Part shown: positions 44,475-55,386 of the stretch, piece by piece
How the letters are laid out: each line of letters starts with the position of its first letter
Position numbering within the stretch: position 1 is the first letter of the stretch
Assembly: GCA_043798715.1 (NCBI GenBank)
Contig: JAZDOK010000100.1
Span: forward strand, 197,645-261,644
Direction of reading: 5' to 3'
From: a bacterium
GTDB lineage: Bacteria > Vulcanimicrobiota > JAZDOK01
DNA: 64,000 bases
The notes under the pieces: model-generated
The model's input: the letters and a program-made list of their open reading frames with translations, nothing else
Told to the model about the DNA's origin: nothing
Databases searched by the model: none
Program-made: the position numbers and the translations under genes

Positions 44475-45316
44475 CGAAGCAGCCTCTTCCGCGAAAAATT
44501 CCACCAGAGAAGGCCCAGACTCGCTGCCGTTAAAACGGCGAAATAAATCATGCTGTGACTGAAAGAGACCTTTAACATCTCATCCGCTCCCAGGCAATGT
44601 GAGGCCAGAGCGGACATCTCCAGAAGAATGCCGAAAATGGATACCCAGGGATTATTCCCCAACGCCCCGAGAAGCGCCCCGGCAGTCGTCCCGAAAAATA
44701 GAATTCCGATGAGGAGAAGCCCGGTGAGCCTGGGAGAAGAACTGAGCGATGAGAGGGCCAGAACAAAGAGGACCAGGCTTCCGACGCCGACGACGGTGTA
44801 GAGAAGCGAGCCCCAAAGGACGCGAAAATGCTGGATGAAAAAGGAAAAATCTCCCGTGATTCCCACGTGAAGGAGCACCATGAGCCAGACCGGAAGAAGA
44901 GTGAAAAGAAGAAAAAATCCCGCCAGCGAGAAACCCTTGGCCCAGAGATACTGGACGGGGCTGAGCGCCCGCCCCAGAAAAACCTCGATGGTCCTGTCCC
45001 TCCGATCCCGCGCCACCAGGCCGGAGCCGACCCAGATTGAAAGAAAGGCCATCATGAAGTCCTGCCACGGATTGGCCAGGAGAAAGGCGGCCACTTTCTC
45101 ATCAAATACGGGCACATTGCCCATGACCTTGAAATGAAGCAGCACCTGCGAAATTGCGGCCAGAGCCCAGGGAAGGATTGCCAGTGCCATGAAGAAGAAA
45201 AAAAGCCGACTGTTCAGGAAGGGTGCGATCTCCTCCCGCCAGAGCGGCACCCAGCGCCACCAGAGCGGGAGGCGCTCCCCCTGGTAGGTCTCATATCCCT
45301 GATGGTAAACAGGCAT
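44471..45316 (-). CDS. ABC-2 type transporter permease
   Basis: 281 aa polytopic. Confidence 0.7.
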   Translation of the reverse strand: MPVYHQGYETYQGERLPLWWRWVPLWREEIAPFLNSRLFFFFMALAILPWALAAISQVLLHFKVMGNVPVFDEKVAAFLLANPWQDFMMAFLSIWVGSGLVARDRRDRTIEVFLGRALSPVQYLWAKGFSLAGFFLLFTLLPVWLMVLLHVGITGDFSFFIQHFRVLWGSLLYTVVGVGSLVLFVLALSSLSSSPRLTGLLLIGILFFGTTAGALLGALGNNPWVSIFGILLEMSALASHCLGADEMLKVSFSHSMIYFAVLTAASLGLLWWNFSRKRLLR

Positions 45317-45321
45317 TTTCC

Positions 45322-46247
45322 CTAGTTCCCCCTGGCGATCATACCGAGATAGGCATCTTCGAGAGAGGATTCCTCACGGACCAGCCGGTGAATGGAGCCA
45401 TCCAGTGCTGCGGCCAGGCTGAAGAGTTCCCGGGCTCCCGCGTCCGGCGGAAGTACGAGGTGCACCAGGCTCTCATGTCCCGGTTTGGCCTCCCACCCGG
45501 CTCCGGCGCAGGCGGCCAGAAAATTTTCCCGCTCACCCTGCCACTGGACGATGAAGTGGCGCTCTTCCGCCACCTTCAGATTTTCGATGGGTTCGGACGC
45601 AAGCACCTGCCCCCGGTTCAGGATAACGACCGTGGAACAGATCGCTTCGACATCTTTGAGAATGTGAGTCGAAAAGAGGATGGTTTTACCTGCTCTAACC
45701 AGGTCCCGGCAAAGCTCCAGGACCTCCTCGCGTCCCGCCGGATCCATCCCGGCCGTGGGTTCGTCCAGAAAGACGATGGCCGGATCATGAACCAGCGCGA
45801 CTGCGAATTTGAGCCGCTGCTGCATACCGGTGGAATAGGTCTGGGCATCCCGGTAGCGACTCTCCCCGAGCCCCACATAATTGAGCATTTCGTGAGCCCG
45901 TTCGATGGCGCGCCTTCGGGGAAGTCCCGACATCTCCCCCAGGAAGGAGACCCAGCCGATGCCGGAGATGCCGGCCCTGAGCCCCTCCCGCTCGGGGACG
46001 TAGCCGATCCGATCCCGTATACCCTCCCCCAGAAGGCGGGAATCCTCTCCCATGAAGCGGAAACTCCCGGAGGAAGGGGGCATCAGGTTAAGGAGTACCT
46101 TTATCAGTGTGGATTTACCCGCTCCGTTGGGCCCCAGAAGCCCCACCGCCCCACCCATGACTTCAAAGGTGACGCCCCTGAGCGCCTGCAACTTCCCGTA
46201 GTCGGCGCACAAATCCTTAACCGAGAGAACGGCCTGTTTATCCATTG
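45322..46247 (-). CDS. ABC transporter ATP-binding protein
   Basis: GPNGAGKST Walker A. The likely start is MDKQAVLSVKDL at 46247; the track ORF has a 99-codon upstream extension that is probably untranslated. Confidence 0.8.
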
Positions 46248-46336
46248 CGCCTATTTTATCACATCGTGAAAACATAAGGCAAGGGCGGCAGGGAAGGGAG
46301 GCTGAGTGGGAGAAGATAAGCAAGAGGAGATCAACC

Positions 46337-47464
46337 ATGCAGAGTAATATTCTTGCGAGCCTCAGGGGGCTCTTTTTCCCGGTGGTCTTTCTGCTCCTTA
46401 CCTCTTCTTTATGCTCCGCCAGGGATGAGGCGCTCCCCCTCCACCCGGCCCGCTTCTTTAAAAGCATTCCCGGGGGACGCGTACAATGCCGGCTCTGCCC
46501 CCGCCGGTGCCTTCTGGAGGAAGGACAGCGGGGCGCCTGCACCGTGCGAAAAAACGTCGGGGGGAGCCTCTACTCGCTGGTCTGGGGCCTGCCCTGCGCC
46601 GTCAACGTGGACCCGATAGAAAAAAAGCCCTTCTTTCACTTCCTTCCGGGCACACTGACCTTCTCCATCTCCACCGCCGGCTGCAATATGCGCTGTATCT
46701 TCTGCCAGAACTGGCAGATCTCCCAGAAGAGCCCGGAGGAGACTAAGAACTGCTCCTTGCCCCCGGTCGAGGTCGTGAAAGCCGCAAAAAAATCAGGCTG
46801 CCGATCCATCGCCTACACTTACACCGAGCCCGCAGTCTATTACGAGTACATGCTGGATACCGCCCGCGAAGCCAGGAAAGCCGGAATCTTAAACGTGATG
46901 CACTCCTGCGGCTACATCAACCCGGAGCCGCTCAGGGAATTGTGCCGCTACCTCGACGCCGCCGATATCGATCTTAAGTCCATAGATCAGCAATTCTACT
47001 CCACCCTCACCATGGGAGACGTGGCCCCGGTTCTTGAGTGCCTGAAAATCCTCAAAAAGGAAGGCGTCTGGACCGAGATCACCAACCTCGTTATTCCGGG
47101 TCAGAACGACGACCCCGTCACGATAAAAAAAATGTGCCGCTGGATCCGGGAGAACCTGGGCCCGGACGTGCCGCTCCATTTTTCCCGCTTCCACCCGATG
47201 TACCGGCTGAATAATCTGCCTCCGACCTCTTTCGATACGCTTGAATTGGCCCGCCGGATCGCCCTCCGGGAGGGACTTCACTTCGTCTACATCGGGAATG
47301 TGCCGGGCAATACCGCCGAAAATACCCTCTGCCCCGAATGCGGCAAACTACTCATAGAGCGGAAGGGCTTTGAGATCCTTAAGAATGAAATCTCCGGGGG
47401 AAAATGCAAATACTGCGGCCGGAAGATCCCCGGAATTTTTCGGGAGGAGGACTTGAGAAAATGA
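46337..47464 (+). CDS. AmmeMemoRadiSam-system radical SAM enzyme
   Basis: VQCRLCPRRC...GACTVRKN...DPIEKKP...CNMRCIFCQNW matches the family core. A ~35-aa hydrophobic N-terminal extension (LFFPVVFLLLTSSLCSA) precedes it. Confidence 0.8.
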   Translation: MQSNILASLRGLFFPVVFLLLTSSLCSARDEALPLHPARFFKSIPGGRVQCRLCPRRCLLEEGQRGACTVRKNVGGSLYSLVWGLPCAVNVDPIEKKPFFHFLPGTLTFSISTAGCNMRCIFCQNWQISQKSPEETKNCSLPPVEVVKAAKKSGCRSIAYTYTEPAVYYEYMLDTAREARKAGILNVMHSCGYINPEPLRELCRYLDAADIDLKSIDQQFYSTLTMGDVAPVLECLKILKKEGVWTEITNLVIPGQNDDPVTIKKMCRWIRENLGPDVPLHFSRFHPMYRLNNLPPTSFDTLELARRIALREGLHFVYIGNVPGNTAENTLCPECGKLLIERKGFEILKNEISGGKCKYCGRKIPGIFREEDLRK

Positions 47465-49020
47465 GACGCACCACATTTTGCACACTGGCGATCATCCTGA
47501 TCCTGCTTACCTGTTCCTGCTCAAGCCGGGCCGGGGACAGGAAGGCGAACGAGACAAAGGAGGCAAAAAAGATGAAGGCCGAAAATAAAGTTAGAAAACC
47601 GGCGGTCAACGGAATGTTCTACCCGGGAAGTCCCAAGGAGCTCTCCTCCCAGGTGGATAAGTACCTCAGGAACGCCGAGGGGGAGAAAAGATCGGAGGTG
47701 CCACGGATCCTCATCGTTCCCCATGCGGGATACCCCTACTCGGCCCAGGTGGCCGCCTACAGCTTCATCCAACTGAAGGGAAGTGCGATCAGTACAGTCT
47801 TTCTGCTCGGCCCCTCGCACCGCGCCTATTTTTCGGGCGTGGCCGCGGACGACTCCGACGCCTGGGAGACCCCTCTGGGAAATGTCTCTCTCGACCGTGA
47901 AAAACTCGCGCTCCTGATGAAAAAAGATCCTGATATCGCCATCATTCCCGAAGCCCATGCGGCCGAACATTCGCTGGAGGTGCAGGTGCCTTTCCTTCAG
48001 AAAGTCCTCCCGGGCGCTTCCATAATCCCCCTGGAAATGCTGGATCCGGATCCCAAAACCTGCGGCAATCTGGCCTCCGCCATCGCCCCGATATTGAAAG
48101 AAAATCCCCGCGCGGTTCTTATCGCCAGCTCGGATCTCTCCCACTACTACCCCTACGATCAGGCCGTAAGGAAGGACAATCTGTTCCTTTCGGCAGTCGA
48201 AAAAATGGCGGTAAAAGACTTCCCTGGAAAAATCCAGAATAAGGAGTTCGAGGCCTGCGGCTCGGCCCCCGTCTTAACCGCGCTTATGACGGCCGAAAAG
48301 CTGGGAGCGAATGAGGTGAGGGTCCTCAAATACGCCAATTCCGGTGATGTCACCGGCGACAAGTCCCGGGTGGTCGGATACGCCGCTGTCGCCTTCTATG
48401 GCCGCGAAGAGGCCAAAGTTCCCGGGGCTGAAAAAGAAGAAGCTTCGCCGGCCCACCACGTGGTTCCCGAGGGGGTGGAACTTCTCTCGAAGGAGGAGCA
48501 GGCCTTCCTGCTCAAGGTAGCCCGGGAGACCCTGGAGGCGCACGTTCGGGGGAACAAAATTCCCGCCTTTTCCCCTCAGACTCCCAGGCTCTCTAAAAAA
48601 ATGGGGGTCTTCGTGACCCTCACCAAAAATGGCGACCTGCGCGGCTGCATCGGCTACATCCAGGGCATAGCGCCCCTCTTCGAGGCCGTCTCCCAGATGG
48701 CCGTCCAGGCTGCCAGCCACGATCCCCGCTTCAGTCCGGTGCGGCCGGAGGAACTGAAAGACATCCACATAGAGATCTCCGCCCTCTCGGAGCTCAAGGA
48801 GATCAAGGACGTCAACCTGATCAAGGTCGGCACCCATGGCATCATCATCAAGAGAGGTTTTTCACAGGGTCTGCTTCTTCCTCAAGTAGCGACGGAATAC
48901 GGATGGGGCCGGGATGAGTTTCTTAAGCACACCTGCCTGAAGGCGGGCCTCCCGCCTGAGACCTGGAAGGAGCCCGGGACCCAGATCGTCATCTTCTCGG
49001 CGCTGGTCTTCGGAGAATAG
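47461..49020 (+). CDS. Fused Memo-like (AmmeMemoRadiSam protein B) + AMMECR1 (protein A) protein with N-terminal lipoprotein-like leader
   Basis: Memo region ILIVPHAGYPYS...; AMMECR1 region with LRGCIGY...; N-terminus MRRTTFCTLAIILILLTCSCSS. Its ATG overlaps the radical SAM stop in an ATGA arrangement and is preceded by a GGAGGAGGA RBS. Confidence 0.75.
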   Translation: MRRTTFCTLAIILILLTCSCSSRAGDRKANETKEAKKMKAENKVRKPAVNGMFYPGSPKELSSQVDKYLRNAEGEKRSEVPRILIVPHAGYPYSAQVAAYSFIQLKGSAISTVFLLGPSHRAYFSGVAADDSDAWETPLGNVSLDREKLALLMKKDPDIAIIPEAHAAEHSLEVQVPFLQKVLPGASIIPLEMLDPDPKTCGNLASAIAPILKENPRAVLIASSDLSHYYPYDQAVRKDNLFLSAVEKMAVKDFPGKIQNKEFEACGSAPVLTALMTAEKLGANEVRVLKYANSGDVTGDKSRVVGYAAVAFYGREEAKVPGAEKEEASPAHHVVPEGVELLSKEEQAFLLKVARETLEAHVRGNKIPAFSPQTPRLSKKMGVFVTLTKNGDLRGCIGYIQGIAPLFEAVSQMAVQAASHDPRFSPVRPEELKDIHIEISALSELKEIKDVNLIKVGTHGIIIKRGFSQGLLLPQVATEYGWGRDEFLKHTCLKAGLPPETWKEPGTQIVIFSALVFGE

Positions 49021-51217
49021 CCCACGGCAGGGCCACCGCCAGGAGCAGCGACCCTACCAGCCCAACGCCGGCCGGGAGGCCCCAGAGGGGGATCATAATC
49101 GTGGAGACGAAAAAGGCCCCAAAACTGCTCCCGAAGAGGTCCCACCCGTAAACCCTGCCCAGATGAGCTTCCTCATCCGCTCTCTTCTCCAGCGACAGGC
49201 AATTGGCCGCCGGAAAGAAGAGCCCGATGCAAAGGCCGTCGAGGAACATGGCCAGAGCGAATAGAATCTGGATGGCCGCCTCCGGGATATTAAGGCCGGT
49301 AAACAAGGCATTTGAAGCCGGGAAGATAACCAGAGCCAGGGAAGCCATCCCCAACACGCTTAAAAAGGCCGTCCTCTGAGCGTTGCGAACTGAGGAGACC
49401 GCTCGCGCAGATCCCAGGGCTGAGCCGATCATGAACATGGCGCTCAGGATGCCGGCCTGAAGGTAGATGTATCCATAGGCCGCCTGAAAAGCGGTGAAGA
49501 TGAAAATTTCAAGGGCCATGGCGGAAAAACCCATAATCCAGGTCGTCATGAGAACGACCGGGGAGCGTTTTCTGAAAATCCCCAGGGCCGCCAACAGGAC
49601 CACGAAGCAGTAAAGCGGAATCAATCCAATCCTCTCCTGTCCGAACTTAAGGACCCACTCAAGGCGGATCCCCTGCCGCGAAAGCCAGAAAAGGAGCTCG
49701 AAGAAAAAACAGAGGGGGCGGGCGTCCGTGTTGACAGTTTTATTCTCTCTGCCGCGCAGGCTCCTGAAAAACGCTTCCTTCTGGAAGGGAGAGAGACGGT
49801 GGCGGATGAGGCCCGGGCTCAGAAAATGAAGGGCAATCTTTCTTTCCTCAGCCCTCCCGATGAGGGTTTCAGGGTTAAGCGGGAGGGAAGTCGGCGAGGC
49901 CAGGAGCAGGGCGCGCCACCCGGGAATCACCTGAATCGAGGAAAAAACGCCGGAGATCGTATCCAGGATACAGCCGTTTCTGGCCGCAAGTTCCGGGCTG
50001 ATGTAGCCCTCGGCCGACTCGACGGTGACCGCCAGAATCCCTCCGGGAGTCAGTCTTCCCCGAAGATCCCGATAGAACTCCTCCGTATAGAAGCGGTTGA
50101 GAAGAAGGTTGGAAGGAGGGGGCAGGGCGCAGAATATGAGGTCGAAAGCCTCCCGGCTCCGGCGGACAAAAAGTCTCGCATCCCCGGAAACCTGCCTTAT
50201 TCTGGATGAAGAAAAAGAATCTTTAAGCGGCTGGGGCAGAAATTTTTCCTCTGTCCTCAGCAGGAAGGGATCAGCTTCGAGATAGACCGCTTCTTCAACC
50301 GGGTGCTTCAGGACTTCGGCCAGAAGCCCGCCGCCGCCTCCCAGTACCAGCACTTTTTCGGGAGCCGGGTGAGCCAGAAGAGCTAGATGAGCCGTCTCTT
50401 CGTTTGAAGGGGCCTCTCCGCTTCCGGAAAGGTAAATGCCATTCTGAAAAAAATTGACTTCTCCCTTGTTTCTGGTAACCGCGATTCTTCCGTAGGGAGA
50501 CTCCAATGTGGATACAAGATTAAAACCCCTCCATTGGAGGCGATCGGCCTTTCCCTGAAGGGTCTGTGTCACTCCGCCTCCCGCCACGGTCAGAATAACG
50601 AGTGCCGCCGAAATGAAGAACCGGAGGCGTCCTTCACGGATTTTAAGAGCGACGAAAAGTGCGTTAAAGCCCGTCCAATAAAAGAGAATAGGAATGGGTT
50701 GCACGCACCGCAGGCCTAGAAAAGTGAACAAAAAACCCCCCAGGGCAAATCCCAGGGACTCCCAGAGATAGATGCGGCGCACGGCCTCCGGGGAAGAGAG
50801 GGCCGCTTCATCCTCACGGGCCGCCCGCCCCAGAAAAGCAAACTGGAGCCCCAGAAGGAAACAGGGAAAAAACAGGATGAGGAGCGCCGGGAGGAAGAGC
50901 AAGAGGCCTGGGTTCTCCCCTGGAATTCTCCCCAGAATCCCGACCCAGCGGAGAAGGAAGAGGGCGGGGAGAGGCGACAGGATCAGGAAGATCCAGGTGC
51001 CCAGGGAGGACGCCCTGGAGGAAATTTTCTGAAACGGCGGGAAGGAAGAGCAGAGGCTTCCAAGGCCGGTAAAGAGCATCCAAGCCCCCAGGTAGATCCC
51101 GAGAACCAGCTCGTTTCCCATGAACAGGCAGAGCCACTCCCGAAGGAAAACCAGCTGCAGGAAGACGGCGTTGAATCCCAGGACAAAAGCAGGTCCGTTT
51201 TTCTTCATCGCATCCAT
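48989..51217 (-). CDS. Membrane-fused spermidine-synthase-like (polyamine aminopropyltransferase fold) protein
   Basis: 742 aa with an N-terminal polytopic domain, a central SAM-MTase/spermidine-synthase-like domain (VLVLGGGGGLLAEV...LEADP) and C-terminal TM helices. Confidence 0.65.
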   Translation of the reverse strand: MDAMKKNGPAFVLGFNAVFLQLVFLREWLCLFMGNELVLGIYLGAWMLFTGLGSLCSSFPPFQKISSRASSLGTWIFLILSPLPALFLLRWVGILGRIPGENPGLLLFLPALLILFFPCFLLGLQFAFLGRAAREDEAALSSPEAVRRIYLWESLGFALGGFLFTFLGLRCVQPIPILFYWTGFNALFVALKIREGRLRFFISAALVILTVAGGGVTQTLQGKADRLQWRGFNLVSTLESPYGRIAVTRNKGEVNFFQNGIYLSGSGEAPSNEETAHLALLAHPAPEKVLVLGGGGGLLAEVLKHPVEEAVYLEADPFLLRTEEKFLPQPLKDSFSSSRIRQVSGDARLFVRRSREAFDLIFCALPPPSNLLLNRFYTEEFYRDLRGRLTPGGILAVTVESAEGYISPELAARNGCILDTISGVFSSIQVIPGWRALLLASPTSLPLNPETLIGRAEERKIALHFLSPGLIRHRLSPFQKEAFFRSLRGRENKTVNTDARPLCFFFELLFWLSRQGIRLEWVLKFGQERIGLIPLYCFVVLLAALGIFRKRSPVVLMTTWIMGFSAMALEIFIFTAFQAAYGYIYLQAGILSAMFMIGSALGSARAVSSVRNAQRTAFLSVLGMASLALVIFPASNALFTGLNIPEAAIQILFALAMFLDGLCIGLFFPAANCLSLEKRADEEAHLGRVYGWDLFGSSFGAFFVSTIMIPLWGLPAGVGLVGSLLLAVALPWAILRRPAPRR

Positions 51218-51473
51218 ATTCTCTTAAGAATAGACAGAACCTGCATGCCTATCGGTAGTCCTTATCCCCGACGTGCGAAGACCGAAGGGCTGAGACCCAT
51301 CACCTTTGGCGGAACAAAAAATACCTCATGCTATAGCGTGGAATTTTTACTTTATTTTTACTCTTCCGCCCGTTTTTTTGATAGCATTTTGACTAGCCTG
51401 CGGAGTATACTACTCCCTGAAGCGAAGAACTCTTAGTTGTAACTTCCGGGGCAAAAAGGAGGAGGTAACGGGG

Positions 51474-51560
51474 ATGTTGGACATGGTGCTGGGGGGCGCG
51501 GCGGCTCTCTTCCTCCTCATATATCTTGGGTATGCTTTGATGAAAACGGAGAAATTCTGA
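51474..51560 (+). CDS. kdpF: K+-transporting ATPase subunit F
   Basis: A 28-aa hydrophobic peptide, MLDMVLGGAAALFLLIYLGYALMKTEKF, not in the ORF track. It has an AAGGAGGAGG RBS, and its stop overlaps the kdpA ATG. Confidence 0.7.
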   Translation: MLDMVLGGAAALFLLIYLGYALMKTEKF

Positions 51561-53272
51561 TGTTTCAAGTGGAGAGGGATCTCTTTCAAATTATCCTCTA
51601 CCTGGCGGTCCTGATTCTTCTTGCAGTCCCACTAGGCCGTTACATGGCACGGGTTTTCAAGTTCGAAAAAACTTTTCTGGATCCCCTGGTGGAGCCTCTC
51701 GAACGCTTTATCTACCGCTTGGCTGGCGTGCACCGGGAGCGTGAGATGAACTGGAAGGAGTATGCCTTTTCCCTCCTTCTCTTTAATGGCCTCGGGATGG
51801 TACTTGTCTATCTCTTTCAGCGCTGCCAGGGCGCTCTTCCCTTTAATCCCCAACACTTCGGCCCGGTTCCTCACTTCCTCGCCTTAAGCACGGCGGTAAG
51901 CTTCATGACCAATACGAACTGGCAGGCCTATGCCGGTGAAACCACTATGAGCCACCTGACCCAGATGGCGGCCCTGGCGGTGCAGAATTTTCTCTCCGCA
52001 GCCACCGGCATCGCCGTCGCCGTAGCCATTACGCGGGGACTGGCCCGCCGCACGGCCCGGACCATCGGGAGCTTCTGGGTGGATCTGACGAGATCCGTTC
52101 TCTGGGTGCTTCTCCCAGGTTCCCTTCTTCTGGCGCTTCTTCTGGTTTCCCAGGGGGTGATCCAGAACCTCAGACCAGACCTTGTTCTTCAGACGCTCGA
52201 AGGAGGCCGACAAACTCTGGCGATGGGACCGGTGGCCTCCCAGGAGGCCATAAAGGAGCTCGGTACCAACGGGGGAGGTTTCTTTAACGTCAACTCCGCC
52301 CATCCCTTCGAAAACCCGACGCCCCTCGCCAACTTCCTGGAGATGCTGGCCATCTTCCTTATTCCATGCGCCCTCACCCTCACTTACGGAGAGATGGTCG
52401 GAGACCGCCGCCAGGGATGGATCATCCTTCTTTCCATGACGCTCCTCTTCCTTATCTTTCTGGGGACATGCTATGCGAGCGAACTCTACGGAAACCCCCT
52501 GATCCGCTCCCTGGGAGTCAGCGGACCGACGGCCATGGAAGGGAAAGAGGTGCGCTTCGGCATCGTGAATTCCTCCCTTTTTGCGACCATCACGACCGCG
52601 GCCTCCTGCGGAGCCGTGAATTCCATGCACGATAGTTTCACGCCCCTGGGAGGGCTGGTGCCCATGCTCCAGATCATGCTCGGGGAGGTCGTCTTCGGCG
52701 GGGTCGGCGCCGGGCTATACGGGATGCTGGTCTTTGTAATTCTCACGGTCTTCATCGCCGGGCTCATGGTGGGCAGGACCCCCGAATACCTGGGGAAGAA
52801 GATTGAAAGCGCCGAGATCCGGATGGCGGCCATCGCCGTCCTAATCCAGGCGGCGGCCATTCTTCTGGGGAGCGCCCTGGCCGTCTCGACGAAGGCCGGC
52901 ACTTCCTCTATTTTAAATGGAGGCCCCCATGGACTGAGCGAGGTTCTCTATGCCTTCACCTCCTGCGTCGGAAACAATGGAAGCGCCTTCGCCGGCCTCA
53001 ATGCGAACACTGTTTTTTATAATATTCTGCTCGCCCTGGCCATGCTGATCGGGCGCTTCGGCGTCATAATTCCGGTACTCTCCATCGCCGGCAGCATGGT
53101 GGCCAAAAAATCCGTGACGCCCGGCCCCGGAACCTTCAAAACGGACAGCCTGCTTTTCGCCGTCCTCCTGGCGGGGGTCGTCATCATCGTGGGCGCCCTC
53201 ACCTTCTTCCCGGCCCTGGCCCTGGGCCCCCTGGCGGAACAACTCCTCATGGTCTCGGGAAAAACTTTTTAA
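51560..53272 (+). CDS. kdpA: K+-transporting ATPase subunit A
   Basis: 570 aa KdpA. Confidence 0.9.
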   Translation: MFQVERDLFQIILYLAVLILLAVPLGRYMARVFKFEKTFLDPLVEPLERFIYRLAGVHREREMNWKEYAFSLLLFNGLGMVLVYLFQRCQGALPFNPQHFGPVPHFLALSTAVSFMTNTNWQAYAGETTMSHLTQMAALAVQNFLSAATGIAVAVAITRGLARRTARTIGSFWVDLTRSVLWVLLPGSLLLALLLVSQGVIQNLRPDLVLQTLEGGRQTLAMGPVASQEAIKELGTNGGGFFNVNSAHPFENPTPLANFLEMLAIFLIPCALTLTYGEMVGDRRQGWIILLSMTLLFLIFLGTCYASELYGNPLIRSLGVSGPTAMEGKEVRFGIVNSSLFATITTAASCGAVNSMHDSFTPLGGLVPMLQIMLGEVVFGGVGAGLYGMLVFVILTVFIAGLMVGRTPEYLGKKIESAEIRMAAIAVLIQAAAILLGSALAVSTKAGTSSILNGGPHGLSEVLYAFTSCVGNNGSAFAGLNANTVFYNILLALAMLIGRFGVIIPVLSIAGSMVAKKSVTPGPGTFKTDSLLFAVLLAGVVIIVGALTFFPALALGPLAEQLLMVSGKTF

Positions 53273-53284
53273 CCGGAGTCGAAG

Positions 53285-55369
53285 ATGTCTAAAAAATTAT
53301 CCGATTCAGCAAAAGGAACGGCCCGTTTCAAGGTCCATTTCGACTCCCGGCTTATGCTTCGAGCGATCCGGGATGCCTTCCTTAAGCTGGATCCCAGGGT
53401 CCAGTACCGGAACCCGGTGATGTTCGTCGTAGAAATAGGTGCCGGTCTCATAACTTTCTTCATTGCACGCGATCTCATTATTGGAGAACGTTCCGCGCTC
53501 TCGCTGAACACCCAGCTTGCTGTGTGGCTCTGGGCGACCGTTCTCTTCGCCAATTTCGCGGAGGCCCTGGCCGAAGGCCGGGGGAAAGCCCAGGCGGAAG
53601 GCTTAAGACGCACGCGCTACGAAACCCAGGCCAAAAAAATCATCAACGGATCGGGAAAAATCGAGATCATCCCCGCATCCTGCCTCAAAAAGAACGACAT
53701 CGTCCTGGTGGAGACGGGCGATGTCATCCCCGGGGACGGCGAAATCATCGAGGGGATCGCCTCGGTGGACGAGAGCGTGGTCACCGGGGAGTCCGCCCCC
53801 GTCATCAGGGAGTCCGGAGGAGACCGAAGCGCCGTGACCGGCGGGACCCGTGTCCTCTCGGACTTCCTCAAGGTCCGCATCACGGCCGACCCCGGCGAGA
53901 CTTTTTTAGATCGCATGATCCGCCTGGTTGAAGGCGCCCAACGGCAGAAGACCCCGAACGAGATCGCTCTTAACATCCTGCTGGTCGGCCTGACATTAAT
54001 TTTTCTCCTGGCTGTCGCCACCCTGGAGAATTTTGCGCTCTACTCGGGGACCAGCGTTTCCATACCCATCCTCATCGCCCTCCTGGTCTGCCTGATACCG
54101 ACAACCATCGGGGGACTGCTGAGCGCCATCGGGATCGCCGGAATGGACCGTGTCTTCAAGCGAAACATCCTGGCCATGTCCGGGCGGGCGGTGGAGGCGG
54201 CCGGGGACGTAGACGTCCTTCTTCTCGACAAGACCGGGACCATCACCTTGGGCAACCGCATGGCCACCCGTTTTATCCCGGCTCCCGGCGTACCCGAGGC
54301 CAAGTTGGCCGAAAATGCCCAACTGGCTTCTTTTGCCGATGAGACCCCGGAGGGGCGGAGCATCGTCATCCTGGCCAAGGAGCGATTCAACCTGCGGGAG
54401 CAGGAATTAAAATCTCTTGGAGCCGTCTTCGTTCCTTTCAGCGCCTATACCCGGATGAGCGGGGTGAATCTCAGAGATCGCGAAATAAGGAAGGGCTCCG
54501 CCGACGCCGTCGAAGCCTTTGTCGGGGAAAGGGGCGGCTATGTTCCCCCGGAGGTCAAAGCCGCGGTCGAAGAAGTCGCGAAGAAGGGCAGTACTCCCCT
54601 GGTGGTGGTCATGGTGGTCCCCGAAGGGGTCAAGGTGCTGGGGGTCATCGAGCTCAAGGACATCGTCAAGGGCGGCATCCGCCAACGCTTTGCCGAGCTG
54701 AGCCGCATGGGCATCCGGACGGTCATGATCACGGGAGACAACCCGCTCACGGCGGCGGCTATCGCGGCCGAGGCGGGGGTTGATGATTTCCTGGCGGAGG
54801 CCACGCCGGAGGTCAAACTGCAATTCATTCGGGATGAGCAGGCCAAAGGCCACCTGGTGGCCATGACCGGGGACGGGACCAACGACGCCCCGGCGCTGGC
54901 ACAGGCGGACGTCGGGGTGGCCATGCACAGCGGAACCCAGGCGGCCAAGGAGGCCGGCAACATGGTGGATCTCGACAGCAACCCCACCAAGCTCCTGGAG
55001 GTGGTGGAAATAGGAAAGCAGCTCCTCATGACCCGGGGGGCTCTCACCACTTTCAGCATCGCAAACGACGTGGCCAAGTATTTCGCCATCATTCCCGCCC
55101 TCTTTTCCGCCACCTACGCGCCGCTCGCTCTCCTCAACATCATGCACCTGGCCTCTCCCCAAAGCGCCATCCTCTCGGCCATCATCTTCAACGCTCTCAT
55201 CATCATCGCCCTCGTGCCCCTGGCTCTCAAGGGGGTGGCCTACCGCCCGCTCGGGGCCGCCGTCATCCTGCGCCGCAACCTTCTCATCTACGGAGTGGGC
55301 GGCGTGATCGCACCCTTCATCGGTATTAAACTCATCGATCTTCTCCTGGTTGCTCTGGGACTGAGCTGA
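53285..55369 (+). CDS. kdpB: K+-transporting ATPase subunit B (P-type ATPase)
   Basis: DKTGT phosphorylation motif, TGDGTNDAP. Confidence 0.9.
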   Translation: MSKKLSDSAKGTARFKVHFDSRLMLRAIRDAFLKLDPRVQYRNPVMFVVEIGAGLITFFIARDLIIGERSALSLNTQLAVWLWATVLFANFAEALAEGRGKAQAEGLRRTRYETQAKKIINGSGKIEIIPASCLKKNDIVLVETGDVIPGDGEIIEGIASVDESVVTGESAPVIRESGGDRSAVTGGTRVLSDFLKVRITADPGETFLDRMIRLVEGAQRQKTPNEIALNILLVGLTLIFLLAVATLENFALYSGTSVSIPILIALLVCLIPTTIGGLLSAIGIAGMDRVFKRNILAMSGRAVEAAGDVDVLLLDKTGTITLGNRMATRFIPAPGVPEAKLAENAQLASFADETPEGRSIVILAKERFNLREQELKSLGAVFVPFSAYTRMSGVNLRDREIRKGSADAVEAFVGERGGYVPPEVKAAVEEVAKKGSTPLVVVMVVPEGVKVLGVIELKDIVKGGIRQRFAELSRMGIRTVMITGDNPLTAAAIAAEAGVDDFLAEATPEVKLQFIRDEQAKGHLVAMTGDGTNDAPALAQADVGVAMHSGTQAAKEAGNMVDLDSNPTKLLEVVEIGKQLLMTRGALTTFSIANDVAKYFAIIPALFSATYAPLALLNIMHLASPQSAILSAIIFNALIIIALVPLALKGVAYRPLGAAVILRRNLLIYGVGGVIAPFIGIKLIDLLLVALGLS

Positions 55370-55386
55370 AAGGAAACCGCCAAGCC

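Noticed and set aside
45322-46542. 406-aa version of the second ABC ATPase
   Set aside because: The first 99 codons (Arg/Ser-rich, then hydrophobic) precede the conserved ATPase N-terminus. The ATG at 46247 (MDKQAV…) fits the family length.
47404-47460. Upstream start (MQILRPEDP…) for the Memo-AMMECR1 fusion
   Set aside because: The ATG at 47461 has a strong GGAGGAGGA RBS and forms an ATGA overlap with the radical SAM stop. The extra 19 codons lie inside the upstream gene.
54407-55162. Antisense ORFs in kdpB (54407..55162 -, 54538..55113 -)
   Set aside because: They are antisense to the conserved P-type ATPase frame.
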